Notes: a model not told the origin generated them from the sequence alone. A stretch of 64,000 bases of DNA from a virus (IMGVR_UViG_3300033072_000529); one strand, 5' to 3'; numbered from the stretch's first letter, positions 1 to 10,430 are shown. Translations and numbers: made by a program.

Positions 1-1
1 A

Positions 2-538
2 GTGGTAGATAAGACTAAATTAGTGAAATTATCTGATGAATTAGCCCTTATGATCGCAGAGATATGCAAAAAATTGGGGAATAGACCTAATTTTATTGGA
101 TATTCTTATCTAGATGAGTTACGGGGAGATGCCATACATAAATCATTGAAGGCTATCAGGGACGGAAGTTTCAAATGTTATACTACTGCATTAGTGAGAG
201 ATGTGGTAGATAACGATGATGGCACCAAGACTGTAAGTTATTACGATAAGAAGAATATAGTACATAAGAAGTCATTAGACAGCACCGATGTATTCACTAC
301 CGAAGGCGGAGACACTTATATAACTTTCAAACAAAATGCTTTTGGATATTTCTCTCGTATAGCATGGCATTCATATCTCAATCGTATAAAAATAGAAAAT
401 CTGGCGAATGATACTAAGAATGCATATATGGAGCAGAAGTATGAAGAAGTTATGCAGAGTGAGGCATGGAAAAATGTGAAGCGTCAGAAATATTATTCTG
501 AGGATGACACGGATGATGTAATATATGAACAAGAATAA
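2..538 (+). CDS. gp55: T4-like late transcription sigma factor (5'-truncated at window edge), with ~50 aa insertion
   Basis: LALMIAEICKKLGNRPNFIGYSY..ELRGDAI and NAFGYFSRIAWHSYLNRIKIE match gp55 blocks; lies directly upstream of gp47 as in T4-like phages. Confidence 0.85.
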   Translation: MVDKTKLVKLSDELALMIAEICKKLGNRPNFIGYSYLDELRGDAIHKSLKAIRDGSFKCYTTALVRDVVDNDDGTKTVSYYDKKNIVHKKSLDSTDVFTTEGGDTYITFKQNAFGYFSRIAWHSYLNRIKIENLANDTKNAYMEQKYEEVMQSEAWKNVKRQKYYSEDDTDDVIYEQE

Positions 539-1532
539 AGCCCTTATTATAGGGGATATACATGCAGGGATATCGAAGAATTCTAAGATATTCCATGAAA
601 CGCTATTACAATACGGGGATTGGATTAAAAGATTGGCTACTGACAGAAATATAACTCGGCTTATATTTCTAGGGGATATATTTGATAATAGAGTGAATAT
701 ATCTCTAGATACCCTGAACTGTGTTAGTCAGTTTTTTGAGAAATTAACTGAGTATACTATAGATATAACCCCTGGCAATCACGACTGTCTATTAAATGAT
801 AATGCATCTATAAATTCTCTGGCACCATTTAAAAATCATCCTAATATACGCGTACATGATAATATTACAATGGATAATGATATAGTGTATGCGGGATGGG
901 GTGTGAAGTTAGATGATATTCCTAATTGTAGGCTATTTTTCGGACATATAGATGTCGTGGGATATGAATTGACTAAGGGAAAAATATCTCAACACGGTTT
1001 TAGGGGTAAAGATTTGATGGATAAAGTATCAGGTGCAGTATACACTGGACACTATCATCATCCGCAAACCAGGAACTATAATGGTAAACCACTATGTTAT
1101 ACTGGATCAGCATTCGCCCTGAACTTTAATGATGCTGGGGATCAGAAATTCATATATGAACTCGATCTGGATACGCTAGAAGTAGAAAAGATTCCCAATA
1201 CTATATCTCCTAAGTTTTATTATATCACGGATATTAAGGATTATGATAAAATCCAGGGTAATTTCGTGTCTATCAAAGTCCCCGCAGGTGATGAGGGGAT
1301 TAAAATACTGACGGACATACAAACCTATAATCCGCTACATGTGAAGACTGCCATATGTGAGCAACCCCATTTTCAAAGTTCGCCGGAGGTTAATAGCTTC
1401 AAATTAGTTAAAATAGATGACACTATTCGAGAATATATAATGGGTATGGATACTATAGATGATGATCAGAAAAATCAAGTGGTTAGCATGCTGAATGATC
1501 TATACCATAAACACCAAGTGGTACAGGACTAG
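525..1532 (+). CDS. gp47: Mre11/SbcD-like recombination nuclease subunit
   Basis: Metallophosphoesterase motifs GDIH, GDIFD, GNHD, GH, GHYH, YTGS; position after gp55. Confidence 0.9.
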   Translation: MNKNKALIIGDIHAGISKNSKIFHETLLQYGDWIKRLATDRNITRLIFLGDIFDNRVNISLDTLNCVSQFFEKLTEYTIDITPGNHDCLLNDNASINSLAPFKNHPNIRVHDNITMDNDIVYAGWGVKLDDIPNCRLFFGHIDVVGYELTKGKISQHGFRGKDLMDKVSGAVYTGHYHHPQTRNYNGKPLCYTGSAFALNFNDAGDQKFIYELDLDTLEVEKIPNTISPKFYYITDIKDYDKIQGNFVSIKVPAGDEGIKILTDIQTYNPLHVKTAICEQPHFQSSPEVNSFKLVKIDDTIREYIMGMDTIDDDQKNQVVSMLNDLYHKHQVVQD

Positions 1533-1550
1533 ATTATACAATAAAACTAG

Positions 1551-1579
1551 TTGAATCATTATGGATTGTGAGCTAAATT
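1551..1579 (+). promoter_or_regulatory. sigma70-type promoter heading the glycosylation island
   Basis: TTGAAT-N17-TAAATT, ATG 8 nt downstream at 1588. Confidence 0.5.
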
Positions 1580-1587
1580 AACAGATA

Positions 1588-2442
1588 ATGTCTGAATCAA
1601 ATTATAAATTTGCCGATAAGATAGTAGTGGGTATAGTCACTTGTAATAGACCTGAATACTATAAACTATGCGTTGACAGTATTGATCGTTCTGCTGTAAG
1701 AGCGATTTTCACTGTCAACGCAGGAGAAAAATATGAGTCTTACCCTGACGATGTACAAGTACACCATTGTAATCATAATCCTACAGTAGTTGGTATAGCT
1801 AAAAATATACTACTACGTAATATGAGAAATGCACATCCTGCTGCGGAATTTTTCTTTGTGATTGAGGATGATGTTAAGATCATAAACAATAAAGTGTTTG
1901 ATCAGTATATCACCACTGGATTGGATTCTGGCTTGATCCATGGGCAATTGAGCTTTGCACTGCACGGTGGTATAGGAGGGGGGAATGTTGTACCAGAGAC
2001 AGGGCTACCTAAGAAGAAATGCTCTGTCAAATACACAAACACTGTTGTGGATTTTTATGAACACTCCTTTGCCGCCTTTACGTTTTTCCACCAATCTACT
2101 TTTGCTAATTATGGACCAAATTTGTTCGATGAACAATATCTAAATGCTGCTGAGCATTTAGATTTACACCAGAAACTATATAAAAGAGGATTAGGCACAC
2201 CGTTCTTTTGGTTCCCCGATATAGCAAACAGTCACGAATATATAGAAGATCAGGATAATGATCATAAGAAATCTGCGATTAGAAATAGTCCAGATTTTTG
2301 GAGCAACTTCAATTATAGTTGGGCATTATTCAAAAAGATTCATGGCGTGTTACCTAATAAATTACCCCAAGTAACAGCCGTGAATCTCATGGCTTGTCTG
2401 GAGCAGTTGGAACACGTGTTCGCACAAAAACAACGTATATAA
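1588..2442 (+). CDS. GT-A fold (GT2-like) glycosyltransferase
   Basis: VGIVTCNRPEY N-terminal strand/helix, GIAKN, FFVIEDD DxD-type motif. Confidence 0.75.
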   Translation: MSESNYKFADKIVVGIVTCNRPEYYKLCVDSIDRSAVRAIFTVNAGEKYESYPDDVQVHHCNHNPTVVGIAKNILLRNMRNAHPAAEFFFVIEDDVKIINNKVFDQYITTGLDSGLIHGQLSFALHGGIGGGNVVPETGLPKKKCSVKYTNTVVDFYEHSFAAFTFFHQSTFANYGPNLFDEQYLNAAEHLDLHQKLYKRGLGTPFFWFPDIANSHEYIEDQDNDHKKSAIRNSPDFWSNFNYSWALFKKIHGVLPNKLPQVTAVNLMACLEQLEHVFAQKQRI

Positions 2443-2454
2443 TATATACTATAT

Positions 2455-2643
2455 ATGCCCCTCGTATTAGCCAAGATAACTATGAATGACATTCAATATA
2501 TTAAGTTGCCGAATTTAATAACTCGGGATTTAGCACAGGCTGATAAATTCAGTAACACTACTTTACGGATTGAAGGGTTTCACTACATAACATTGGAACA
2601 GGCTGATGAGGAGATGAAGAATATGATAATGAAGCAGGCATAA
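2455..2643 (+). CDS. small hypothetical protein
   Basis: 62 aa ORF filling the gap between co-oriented genes. Confidence 0.5.
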   Translation: MPLVLAKITMNDIQYIKLPNLITRDLAQADKFSNTTLRIEGFHYITLEQADEEMKNMIMKQA

Positions 2644-2644
2644 T

Positions 2645-3436
2645 ATGAGTACAGATAAAAGACGTATAGGGTTAGCAATAACCACTTTTAATAGCGAGTC
2701 GTATTTTAAAGCACTATATGATACCATACCCTTTGATATTGTAGATGAAGTTGTAGTAGTTAATGGCGGAGCACCATATGAAAGACATTATGAGGGCGTA
2801 CATTGGATACAGCATGAAACTATAAAGTATCCATCAGTGGCTAGAAATGATGGATTGAATTATCTTAAAACGCAGAATATAGATTATTTCTTTATATGTG
2901 AAGATGATATGATCATCAAAAATCCGAATATTTTCCAGGCATATATAGATGCCCATGAAAAAACGAACATCCACTATTTCATATATGCATCTAATGCATG
3001 GAACAGTGGGCCTAAAGGAAATAGAACGCCTTTATTACATATTCGATACACTCCCGACACTGCTATAAATTTATATGCAAACATGTGCAACGAATTCACG
3101 TTTCACACTAGACAATTATTGGATATAACACAGGGGTACGACGAGCAATATAAATATCTGTTCGATGTTGACTATACATACAGGGCTAGTACAAGCGGAT
3201 TGTCGGCCCCTTTCTGGTATTTTCCCGATATACCCGATTCAGATGACTATATAGATAACAACCCTGTTGCAGTCTCTAGATTGGACTCCGATGGAAGTCG
3301 GATAACTAAGTTGACACCGGAATACGAGAGGTTTCATAGAAAATATGATAAACCTCTCGTATTCATTGATAAGATACCCGAAGCAGAATTGATAGATATA
3401 CTAAAAAAACAACATGAAACTACTACTAGGCACTAA
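2645..3436 (+). CDS. GT2-like glycosyltransferase, paralog of 1588..2442
   Basis: IGLAITTFN, VVVVNGG, SVARN, FFICEDD; shares the PF(F/W)(W/Y)FPDI..S..YI motif with 1588..2442. Confidence 0.8.
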   Translation: MSTDKRRIGLAITTFNSESYFKALYDTIPFDIVDEVVVVNGGAPYERHYEGVHWIQHETIKYPSVARNDGLNYLKTQNIDYFFICEDDMIIKNPNIFQAYIDAHEKTNIHYFIYASNAWNSGPKGNRTPLLHIRYTPDTAINLYANMCNEFTFHTRQLLDITQGYDEQYKYLFDVDYTYRASTSGLSAPFWYFPDIPDSDDYIDNNPVAVSRLDSDGSRITKLTPEYERFHRKYDKPLVFIDKIPEAELIDILKKQHETTTRH

Positions 3437-4277
3437 TTTATTCGGAAATAATCATAGACAATCTATTGCGATAGATTCTTGGATTAACGTACAAATCCAT
3501 TTTCCTGATACTATACAACTATGCAACATACAGTTAGAGTCTGATCCTTCTCCTACAGAGGATAGTAGATTGGAAACTATTAAGATATCAGGACGATCTG
3601 CTAAAGATGTAATCCCTGGCAGCACTAAGAATATGCCAGTTTTATCTGATTTATTCAATAATTTATATACTATAGCAAAAGAACGAGGAAACGTGACTCA
3701 TTTCGCCTATGTGAATTCGGACTGTTGCTTGACAAATGTGGTTGCCCAATATCTATCCAATACTAAAGTGTCTGCCTTAGCAGTATCTAGGGTGGATGTG
3801 GCGGATAAAACACATCACTTCCATGCTTTTAAGTCCACTTTAGAAATTCTCCGACTGGAACCCGCAGGATATGATCTGTTTATATTCTCCTTGGATTGGT
3901 GGGAGAAGCACGGTAGTTTGTTCGGAGACTATATATTAGGTGCTCCTTTATTTGATCCTATATATGCTGGTATAATACGCCTATACGGTGGATCATTATA
4001 CTATGATCCCGCCAATCCTATGGTGTGCCATATATATCACCCTATCGTATCACATAATAATACACCAGAGAAGGCTTATAATGAAACCGTTATGAAAGCC
4101 AATCCGTTTGATCATTTAGTGTGTAATATGATGTTCTATAATTTACAATATAACTTAGCTAAACGCAAGCCATGGGGAGCTTATTTGCAGCCTTGGGGAG
4201 GGGAGCAAGTGTTTGAAAAAGATTTTTTTGAAACATTTTCTCTTGTTACGGAGAATCAAGTGAAGTATATTCAATGA
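3414..4277 (+). CDS. putative GT-A glycosyltransferase-like protein
   Basis: FAYVNSD DxD-like motif, GYDLFIFS..WW; island context. Confidence 0.5.
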   Translation: MKLLLGTNLFGNNHRQSIAIDSWINVQIHFPDTIQLCNIQLESDPSPTEDSRLETIKISGRSAKDVIPGSTKNMPVLSDLFNNLYTIAKERGNVTHFAYVNSDCCLTNVVAQYLSNTKVSALAVSRVDVADKTHHFHAFKSTLEILRLEPAGYDLFIFSLDWWEKHGSLFGDYILGAPLFDPIYAGIIRLYGGSLYYDPANPMVCHIYHPIVSHNNTPEKAYNETVMKANPFDHLVCNMMFYNLQYNLAKRKPWGAYLQPWGGEQVFEKDFFETFSLVTENQVKYIQ

Positions 4278-4278
4278 T

Positions 4279-4941
4279 ATGAAAATAAGATGCTATACTG
4301 TAGTTAGTCCGTCTCATCGAAAGTTATTGGAGAATTACATGCTCCCCAGCTTTCCAAACGAACCTAATATGGAAATGACAATAAAGTATATTGAACAACA
4401 TTGTCCATCATCTGAGTTTGAAAGTCCTGGGTGGCATAAAGTCATGCAGGAAAAAGCTAAGTGTTTCTATGATACTTTACTTGATTTAAAAGATGGGGAA
4501 TTGATGATGTTCATTGACACTGATATTATTCATTTAGATAATTGGTACAATGATATGGTGGAGCATATGAAGAATGTAGACCTAGCAGTACAGAATGATT
4601 ATGGGGGTGGATTAAATTCTGGATTCTTCTGTGTTAGAAAGACTACTGCCACTATAAACTTATTTCGGGCCGTACACGAATTCATTGGCCAATATTCTAA
4701 TGAACAAAAGGCTCTCACTTTTTATACTCTGAATCATGACAAGTATGTAGAATTACGTGATCTTAGGTGGAAATTTCTACCGAGGGAATATTGGACATTT
4801 GGAGAGAATATGACGCATTACGATGGTACGCAGATCATAGTGTTACCACCTAATCCCAAGATCGCGCACTTGAATTGGACGAAGACATTTGCTTTGAAGT
4901 CTGATTTAGGTGATATAGTTAAATCCCTCATCCCAAAGTAA
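4279..4941 (+). CDS. nucleotide-diphospho-sugar transferase (GT77-like)
   Basis: MFIDTDI DxD, LNSGFFCVR, EQ..L, late HLN motif typical of this family. Confidence 0.7.
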   Translation: MKIRCYTVVSPSHRKLLENYMLPSFPNEPNMEMTIKYIEQHCPSSEFESPGWHKVMQEKAKCFYDTLLDLKDGELMMFIDTDIIHLDNWYNDMVEHMKNVDLAVQNDYGGGLNSGFFCVRKTTATINLFRAVHEFIGQYSNEQKALTFYTLNHDKYVELRDLRWKFLPREYWTFGENMTHYDGTQIIVLPPNPKIAHLNWTKTFALKSDLGDIVKSLIPK

Positions 4942-4942
4942 T

Positions 4943-5782
4943 ATGGTATATGATTTTCGTAAGCTTCGGCCCCTGCCAACATACCCCACATACCCTAGCT
5001 ATCACACGGGATTGTATTTAGAGGATTACTTTTTTCAGTATTACATTAACAATAAGAGTAAATTCGATGCCAAGGGAACAACGTTAATACCTGTATCGTG
5101 GACTACTTTATATGTGGAAAACACTCCTATACCCATTCAGGAATATTTGAATGCCCTGGATCACACACAGTCGTATTTTACGGTGTCGCAACATGATGAT
5201 GGGATTCGACAGGTTTTACCCCCTAAGACGCGCCATTTTGCGGCAGGTGGGCTAGGCGGAGGCATACCAATACCATTGGTATGTAGTGCATTACCAGAGC
5301 AGTTGAAAGGTGGAGAGGTTGACAAGGATATACTATGCTCGTTTATAGGTTCAATGACGCATCCTATAAGACAAGAGTTATGGACTAGATATAAAGATCA
5401 ATTTGTGTTCAATCCGCCTAGACAGTGGTCACAATCAGTGAATAATACAGAATTACAGAATTTCATAGATATCACTAAACGTTCTAATTTCGCATTAGCG
5501 CCCCGTGGATATGGTTTATCTAGTTTCAGGTTATATGAAATATTACAATTGAATACTATACCTGTATATGTGAGTGATAAATTCTGGCTACCTTTTCAAG
5601 ATGAAATAAATTGGTCTGAGTTTTGTGTACTGGTTCACTCCAGTGCTATAACACATTTACCCGATATACTACGTAGTATATCTCCTGAACAACAACAAAT
5701 AATGCTTGCTAAAGGCAAAGAAGTGTGGCATAATTTCTTTTCTCTTGAAAAGGTTTCGGAGAATATCTTGAAGAGATTATAA
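4943..5782 (+). CDS. exostosin-family (GT47-like) glycosyltransferase
   Basis: FIGS..HPIR, SNFALAPRGYG.SSFRLYEILQLNTIPVYVSD..WLPF...INW. Confidence 0.85.
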   Translation: MVYDFRKLRPLPTYPTYPSYHTGLYLEDYFFQYYINNKSKFDAKGTTLIPVSWTTLYVENTPIPIQEYLNALDHTQSYFTVSQHDDGIRQVLPPKTRHFAAGGLGGGIPIPLVCSALPEQLKGGEVDKDILCSFIGSMTHPIRQELWTRYKDQFVFNPPRQWSQSVNNTELQNFIDITKRSNFALAPRGYGLSSFRLYEILQLNTIPVYVSDKFWLPFQDEINWSEFCVLVHSSAITHLPDILRSISPEQQQIMLAKGKEVWHNFFSLEKVSENILKRL

Positions 5783-5787
5783 TATAT

Positions 5788-6546
5788 ATGCGTATACGAA
5801 AATGTAGAGAACATAATGGATGGAGATGGTGGATAAATTTCGGAGATTATGCCAAACGGGGTGATACTGTGCGGATAGAGTTCTATCCTGGTAGACGGGA
5901 ATTAGGCTGTACCTTATCCATGCGGGCACAAGGCGAGAGTACTATATCGTTGATGCTGAAAATTCCGTTTCTATTTTCGTTGTATGTTACATGGGATACC
6001 ATGTGGGGATATAGCACGAAATGGTCCAAATTTCTATGTTTGGATGATGATAGACGATATGATGGTCGAGAATTCGGATTTAGCTGGTATGGAGCAGATG
6101 GGTGTATTAGTGGAGGATCGATTAATTTCTATCTAGGTTCCCATTTAAATGGATGGTCTTCAAAAGACCCTAAATGGTTGAGAACCCATATATATCCACA
6201 GGAGATATTATGTGGTAAGGACACGGTTAAGATGGAGGATTTAGAAACTACGGAGCATTCTGTAACTATCCCTGGTAATAGCACTTATCCTGAAAAGACC
6301 TATACTGTAAAGTGTAAGGAATTTAGAACTACATGGACTTGGCCTAGGTTTAAAAAACCACTAATTATCAATAGATTTGAAGTAGAGTGCGAGGAAGGTG
6401 TACCGCATCCAGGTAAGGGCACTTGCGATTATAATTGCGATGAAAGCAGATTGTATAGTCAGTGTGCGCCTGCCGATAGCAGAGAACACGCCGTTCAAAA
6501 GTTTATAGATTCCTGTGCATGGTACAGGAAGAATTATCCAATGTAA
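5788..6546 (+). CDS. hypothetical Trp-rich protein
   Basis: 252 aa ORF, tightly packed, no recognised motif. Confidence 0.6.
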   Translation: MRIRKCREHNGWRWWINFGDYAKRGDTVRIEFYPGRRELGCTLSMRAQGESTISLMLKIPFLFSLYVTWDTMWGYSTKWSKFLCLDDDRRYDGREFGFSWYGADGCISGGSINFYLGSHLNGWSSKDPKWLRTHIYPQEILCGKDTVKMEDLETTEHSVTIPGNSTYPEKTYTVKCKEFRTTWTWPRFKKPLIINRFEVECEEGVPHPGKGTCDYNCDESRLYSQCAPADSREHAVQKFIDSCAWYRKNYPM

Positions 6547-6547
6547 T

Positions 6548-7312
6548 ATGAAGTATTTTTTCGTTATAGCACAATATAAAGATGATCGACAACGGATTTT
6601 CGATGAAGTCATTTCACCGAGAAATCAAAAATATTGCGACAAACACGGATATAAATATATCGTTATAGATAATAATTATCCCCTGGCACCCTTTAGAGGG
6701 AGTCTGACTTGGCATAAGATTCTAGTTATACAAAATCTATTGGACGCAGGAACATTGAAAGATGGGGATATCATTACCAACTATGATGCAGACTGTCTAT
6801 TTGTCAAAGATTCCGACGTACTAGAACCACCGGATGGCAAATCCCTAGCACTGGCTGTTGATTCTGGTAATACCTTCTGTTTTGGATGGACCACATGGCG
6901 GATCAATGCCTGGAGTAGACGCCTTATAAAGGATATACTATCAGATGAATTATGGACTCAATATGTCAATCAGTTGACGGTACATGAGGGGTTTCCTAAT
7001 CGACCCCCGTCATCATTTGCATTGGAATTCCGTGAACAAGCCATGTTCTATAAGTTATATGGAATAACTAGACATTCCAGTGTACCCTTTAAACAGAAAC
7101 CTGCCATGGGTGTGAACGAGACAGGAGAACAACGATATGATACAGTAGACTTCCATAAGAATGTCCATGTCTTTGACCAACAATATAATTGTACTATATG
7201 GCCAGGAGAATCGGACACCACTTTCTACATTAATAAGTTATCACATCCTGAGGAAGTATATGTTAGACATTTAACAGGGTGTGATTGGAATAATTATAAA
7301 AATTGGATATGA
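6548..7312 (+). CDS. GT34/Mnn10-like glycosyltransferase (start moved to ATG 6548)
   Basis: N.KYCDKHGYKY, TWHKIL, YDAD DxD, EQAM, late H.TG. Confidence 0.7.
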   Translation: MKYFFVIAQYKDDRQRIFDEVISPRNQKYCDKHGYKYIVIDNNYPLAPFRGSLTWHKILVIQNLLDAGTLKDGDIITNYDADCLFVKDSDVLEPPDGKSLALAVDSGNTFCFGWTTWRINAWSRRLIKDILSDELWTQYVNQLTVHEGFPNRPPSSFALEFREQAMFYKLYGITRHSSVPFKQKPAMGVNETGEQRYDTVDFHKNVHVFDQQYNCTIWPGESDTTFYINKLSHPEEVYVRHLTGCDWNNYKNWI

Positions 7313-7596
7313 ATAAACGGAGAAATTTTCTAAAAAATATATTATTTGGTGTAGGTGCCCTGGTTCTTCCGGTTGAAGTACCTAGTGTATTAGCCGTAGA
7401 GCCAGTCGTCCGACCACCAGTTAAAGTAATTTATTCTCTAAACGAATGGATGACTCTGGAGATTCAAAGGGAAATAGATCAAGAAATGATTAGACGTATG
7501 ATGGCATGTGCTTATCCTCAGTCTACCGAACTAGTAACTCTTCCCACCTTGGAAGAAGAAGGATATATACTTTCACCTAATTTCACATGTCGATAG
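7309..7596 (+). CDS. small protein with twin-arginine-like N-terminus
   Basis: MNKRRNFLK followed by a hydrophobic stretch. Confidence 0.55.
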   Translation: MNKRRNFLKNILFGVGALVLPVEVPSVLAVEPVVRPPVKVIYSLNEWMTLEIQREIDQEMIRRMMACAYPQSTELVTLPTLEEEGYILSPNFTCR

Positions 7597-8342
7597 ATAC
7601 TTTTACAATCAATTTACACAATGGTGCCCGTCCAGAGTTGGTACAGGAACAGATTCATGCACATGATTCCCTGATTGCCAAATATGATATACAATGGAAT
7701 CTCCGAAGCAAGAGATATCCAAAGGCATATCCGTCATATTCCCAACTAATGAATCATGCCATTGCCACTAGTCCTACAGAATATATGGTATTTGTAAACG
7801 ATAGAACTACCTGTACTGCGGAATATACTGAAAAAATAATCAATCTATTACAGACCGGGTACTCATGCGTTTTCTTATACAATGTGGGTTATATGGGGTT
7901 CACTAAGGAGTTGGTGCGTCGTATAGGATGGTTCGATGAGCGATACCTTTTAGGAGGCAATGAAGATAAGGATTGGGTGTTCAGGCTCAAACATGCCAAT
8001 CTTGCCTTATATGAAAGTCAAGAAGCCGACTACGATTACAGTTGGAAGTCACCTTTACAGGTGATAGGTCATAATTGTAGATTATCACAGCCGCATTGGG
8101 ATGCGAAATGGAATTTACGGTATGATGATGCTATTATAAAGATGCTACCAGAGCAACGATATGAGCACTGGGATTTATTTTTAGGAGATGCTAAACCCGA
8201 TATCGCCCACACATGGGGAACCTGGGATAAATCCACCCTTAATATAGGATATGATAAACCTAATAGTGGGCATTCCGCTAGTTCTATGTTTAGAGGACGA
8301 CCTATAGTACACATCGACCAAGTTAGACATTTAATAAAATGA
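7587..8342 (+). CDS. GT2-like glycosyltransferase
   Basis: N.AI..S..EYMVFVND, IGWFDERY..GGNEDKDW..RL. Confidence 0.8.
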   Translation: MSIDTFTINLHNGARPELVQEQIHAHDSLIAKYDIQWNLRSKRYPKAYPSYSQLMNHAIATSPTEYMVFVNDRTTCTAEYTEKIINLLQTGYSCVFLYNVGYMGFTKELVRRIGWFDERYLLGGNEDKDWVFRLKHANLALYESQEADYDYSWKSPLQVIGHNCRLSQPHWDAKWNLRYDDAIIKMLPEQRYEHWDLFLGDAKPDIAHTWGTWDKSTLNIGYDKPNSGHSASSMFRGRPIVHIDQVRHLIK

Positions 8343-8566
8343 AAACAGTAACATATAAAGATTGGCAACATTTTGTGACTAAACGAGGATTTCATATTGT
8401 TCAAGAAAAAGAGGGCATGCGAGATTTGAAATATAAACAGTATGGTAATTCTTTCAATTTTATGCACTATTTTCTAATAGAACATGGTGCTGAATTTCTG
8501 GAATTCAAATTCAAAATGGATGGCAGTGTGGAGGTTACAGATTGGGAGGCGGATGACGATTTATAG
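8339..8566 (+). CDS. small hypothetical protein
   Basis: 75 aa ORF overlapping the upstream stop. Confidence 0.55.
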   Translation: MKTVTYKDWQHFVTKRGFHIVQEKEGMRDLKYKQYGNSFNFMHYFLIEHGAEFLEFKFKMDGSVEVTDWEADDDL

Positions 8567-8620
8567 ATATATCATCGTGTAAAGAACCATAAAAGCTGTA
8601 TGGCGCTATACATAAATATA

Positions 8621-9448
8621 CTATGGTATACATCCCAGTATGGCGGTTTTTCGTGATAAACCTATCGGACAAGATAATAAATATTGGCAGAGTATATCTA
8701 TTTTTTTGCGAATAGATATTCTACCTAATTTATACCCTTTCTTTGGATTTATATATCTATAATCAACGAAATCGGATATACCTATATCGATCAACATGTT
8801 CTTCAATGAAGAAAAAGCATATTCATAGGGGCCGGTAAATGATATACTTTTATACCTTTTCTTATGTGAGGGCAAGCGCGGTGTGGATATACTACAATGT
8901 CCATCGCCATCGAAAAACCCCCGCCAGAAGCAATTATGTAGGTTTGTTGGAATATGTTCCAGTATTTTAGTAGGCTCTATGTGAGATTTATCGGGATAGT
9001 CGAAAGAATTTAAGAAATTATAAAGTTCTTTCGAATTAACCTTAAAATTGGTTAATTCGTTTATGGATGTAGGGCGCATCCTGGTGTAAATGTTCCATTG
9101 CCCAATAGCGTTCATTATAGGCATTATATCTTGTGCATCTGAAGATAATATTTCTAATTGAACTATATGGTTGTATCCTGATCTGCAAACTGTGCCATCA
9201 GCCCACAGGAATCCGAGAAACCATGCCACTTCGGTCGAAACTATATCTTTAAACTGATTTAAAGGTATTTTTAATAATGATTCATGTTTCATCTTTTCAT
9301 ATGAACGAAGGCCCATATATCGTGCGCGATTACCGATTCTATCGGAATCGGTTCTGTTTAATATTTTTGCGCAGTAGCCTTGGCCATATAAAGGATAGTT
9401 AATCTTTATGATTTCTAACTCTTGTGGTGTGAAATATTTTGTATGCAT
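8621..9448 (-). mobile_element. free-standing double-motif LAGLIDADG homing endonuclease
   Basis: WFLGFLWADG and FWRGFFDGDG motifs, N-terminal HTH-like segment; antisense to the island; no intein or intron flanks seen. Confidence 0.85.
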
Positions 9449-9456
9449 ATCCGTCT

Positions 9457-9474
9457 ATAATAAATATTTATTAT
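9457..9474. promoter_or_regulatory. 18-bp perfect palindrome carrying late-promoter-like ATAAATA on both strands
   Basis: ATAATAAATATTTATTAT between divergent starts at 9448 (-) and 9473 (+). Confidence 0.6.
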
Positions 9475-10402
9475 GCGTGTGTTATTTTTAACGACTAGGA
9501 AAGACGATAAACAAGGTGATTATGGAGAATTGAGCAACATAATAGGATTTCGACAATTATTAGGCGATAATTTCGTAGAATATCCGAGGAAACATATATT
9601 ATATGGAGATTATTCTAGATCACCTAAAAACACATTACACGGTATGGGATTCACTTACTGTAATAATATTATATTGGATACATCATATAATCGAAGTAAT
9701 TTGAGATTATCTGATTTTGATGTCGTTATACATGGATCGGGTCACATGTATGGTGATTTATGGGAGGTTGACCATCCGGCTCAATATTATACATGTTTCC
9801 ATGATATGTATGGCGATGCGCCTAGAAAGATATTATATAATGGGGAATATATAATAGGGACACAATATACTAGCAAGTGTTTTAAACGAGAATTAGTAGA
9901 GGCGTTTCCAACTGTCTGGCCCGCTGGATTTGGTATTCCAGAACAATATATCATGCCGATTTCGCCTATTAAAGAGAGACTATATCAGTCCACTGCTCCA
10001 GGTGACGCTTGTTTTGCTAATAGCAAAGGGTATAGGTTTGACACTGAATACGACTATTATCGAGACATGAATACTAGTTGGTTTGGGCTGACTTGTAAGA
10101 AAGGAGGGTGGGATTGTTTGCGGCACTATGAAATTCTTGCTTCTGGGGCAGTATTATTATTCAAAGAATATAATAATAAACCGCCATTATGTTCCCCCGT
10201 TGATCTCCCCACTATATCATATTCCACTAAATCCGAATTACATGACATTATGTATAGATTAATTGATAATGGTAAGCCCACGGATGAGTATAATGTATTA
10301 TTAGATAATCAACGCCGATGGCTATATACATACGGTACAACTAAAAAAAGAGCAGAGCATATGTGGAATATCATATTAAACGATATGAGAGATAGCACTT
10401 AA
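9473..10402 (+). CDS. GT-B-type glycosyltransferase-like protein
   Basis: C-terminal S.FGLT.KKGGWDCLRHYEILASGAV motif. Confidence 0.65.
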   Translation: MRVLFLTTRKDDKQGDYGELSNIIGFRQLLGDNFVEYPRKHILYGDYSRSPKNTLHGMGFTYCNNIILDTSYNRSNLRLSDFDVVIHGSGHMYGDLWEVDHPAQYYTCFHDMYGDAPRKILYNGEYIIGTQYTSKCFKRELVEAFPTVWPAGFGIPEQYIMPISPIKERLYQSTAPGDACFANSKGYRFDTEYDYYRDMNTSWFGLTCKKGGWDCLRHYEILASGAVLLFKEYNNKPPLCSPVDLPTISYSTKSELHDIMYRLIDNGKPTDEYNVLLDNQRRWLYTYGTTKKRAEHMWNIILNDMRDST

Positions 10403-10430
10403 TATTTGGTCGATAAACCGTTTTACCCTG

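Noticed and set aside
176-337. gp55 insertion as a mini-intein (starts with Cys, ends ...QN)
   Set aside because: Only ~54 aa, no TxxH block, the next residue is Ala, and the Asn belongs to the conserved gp55 motif
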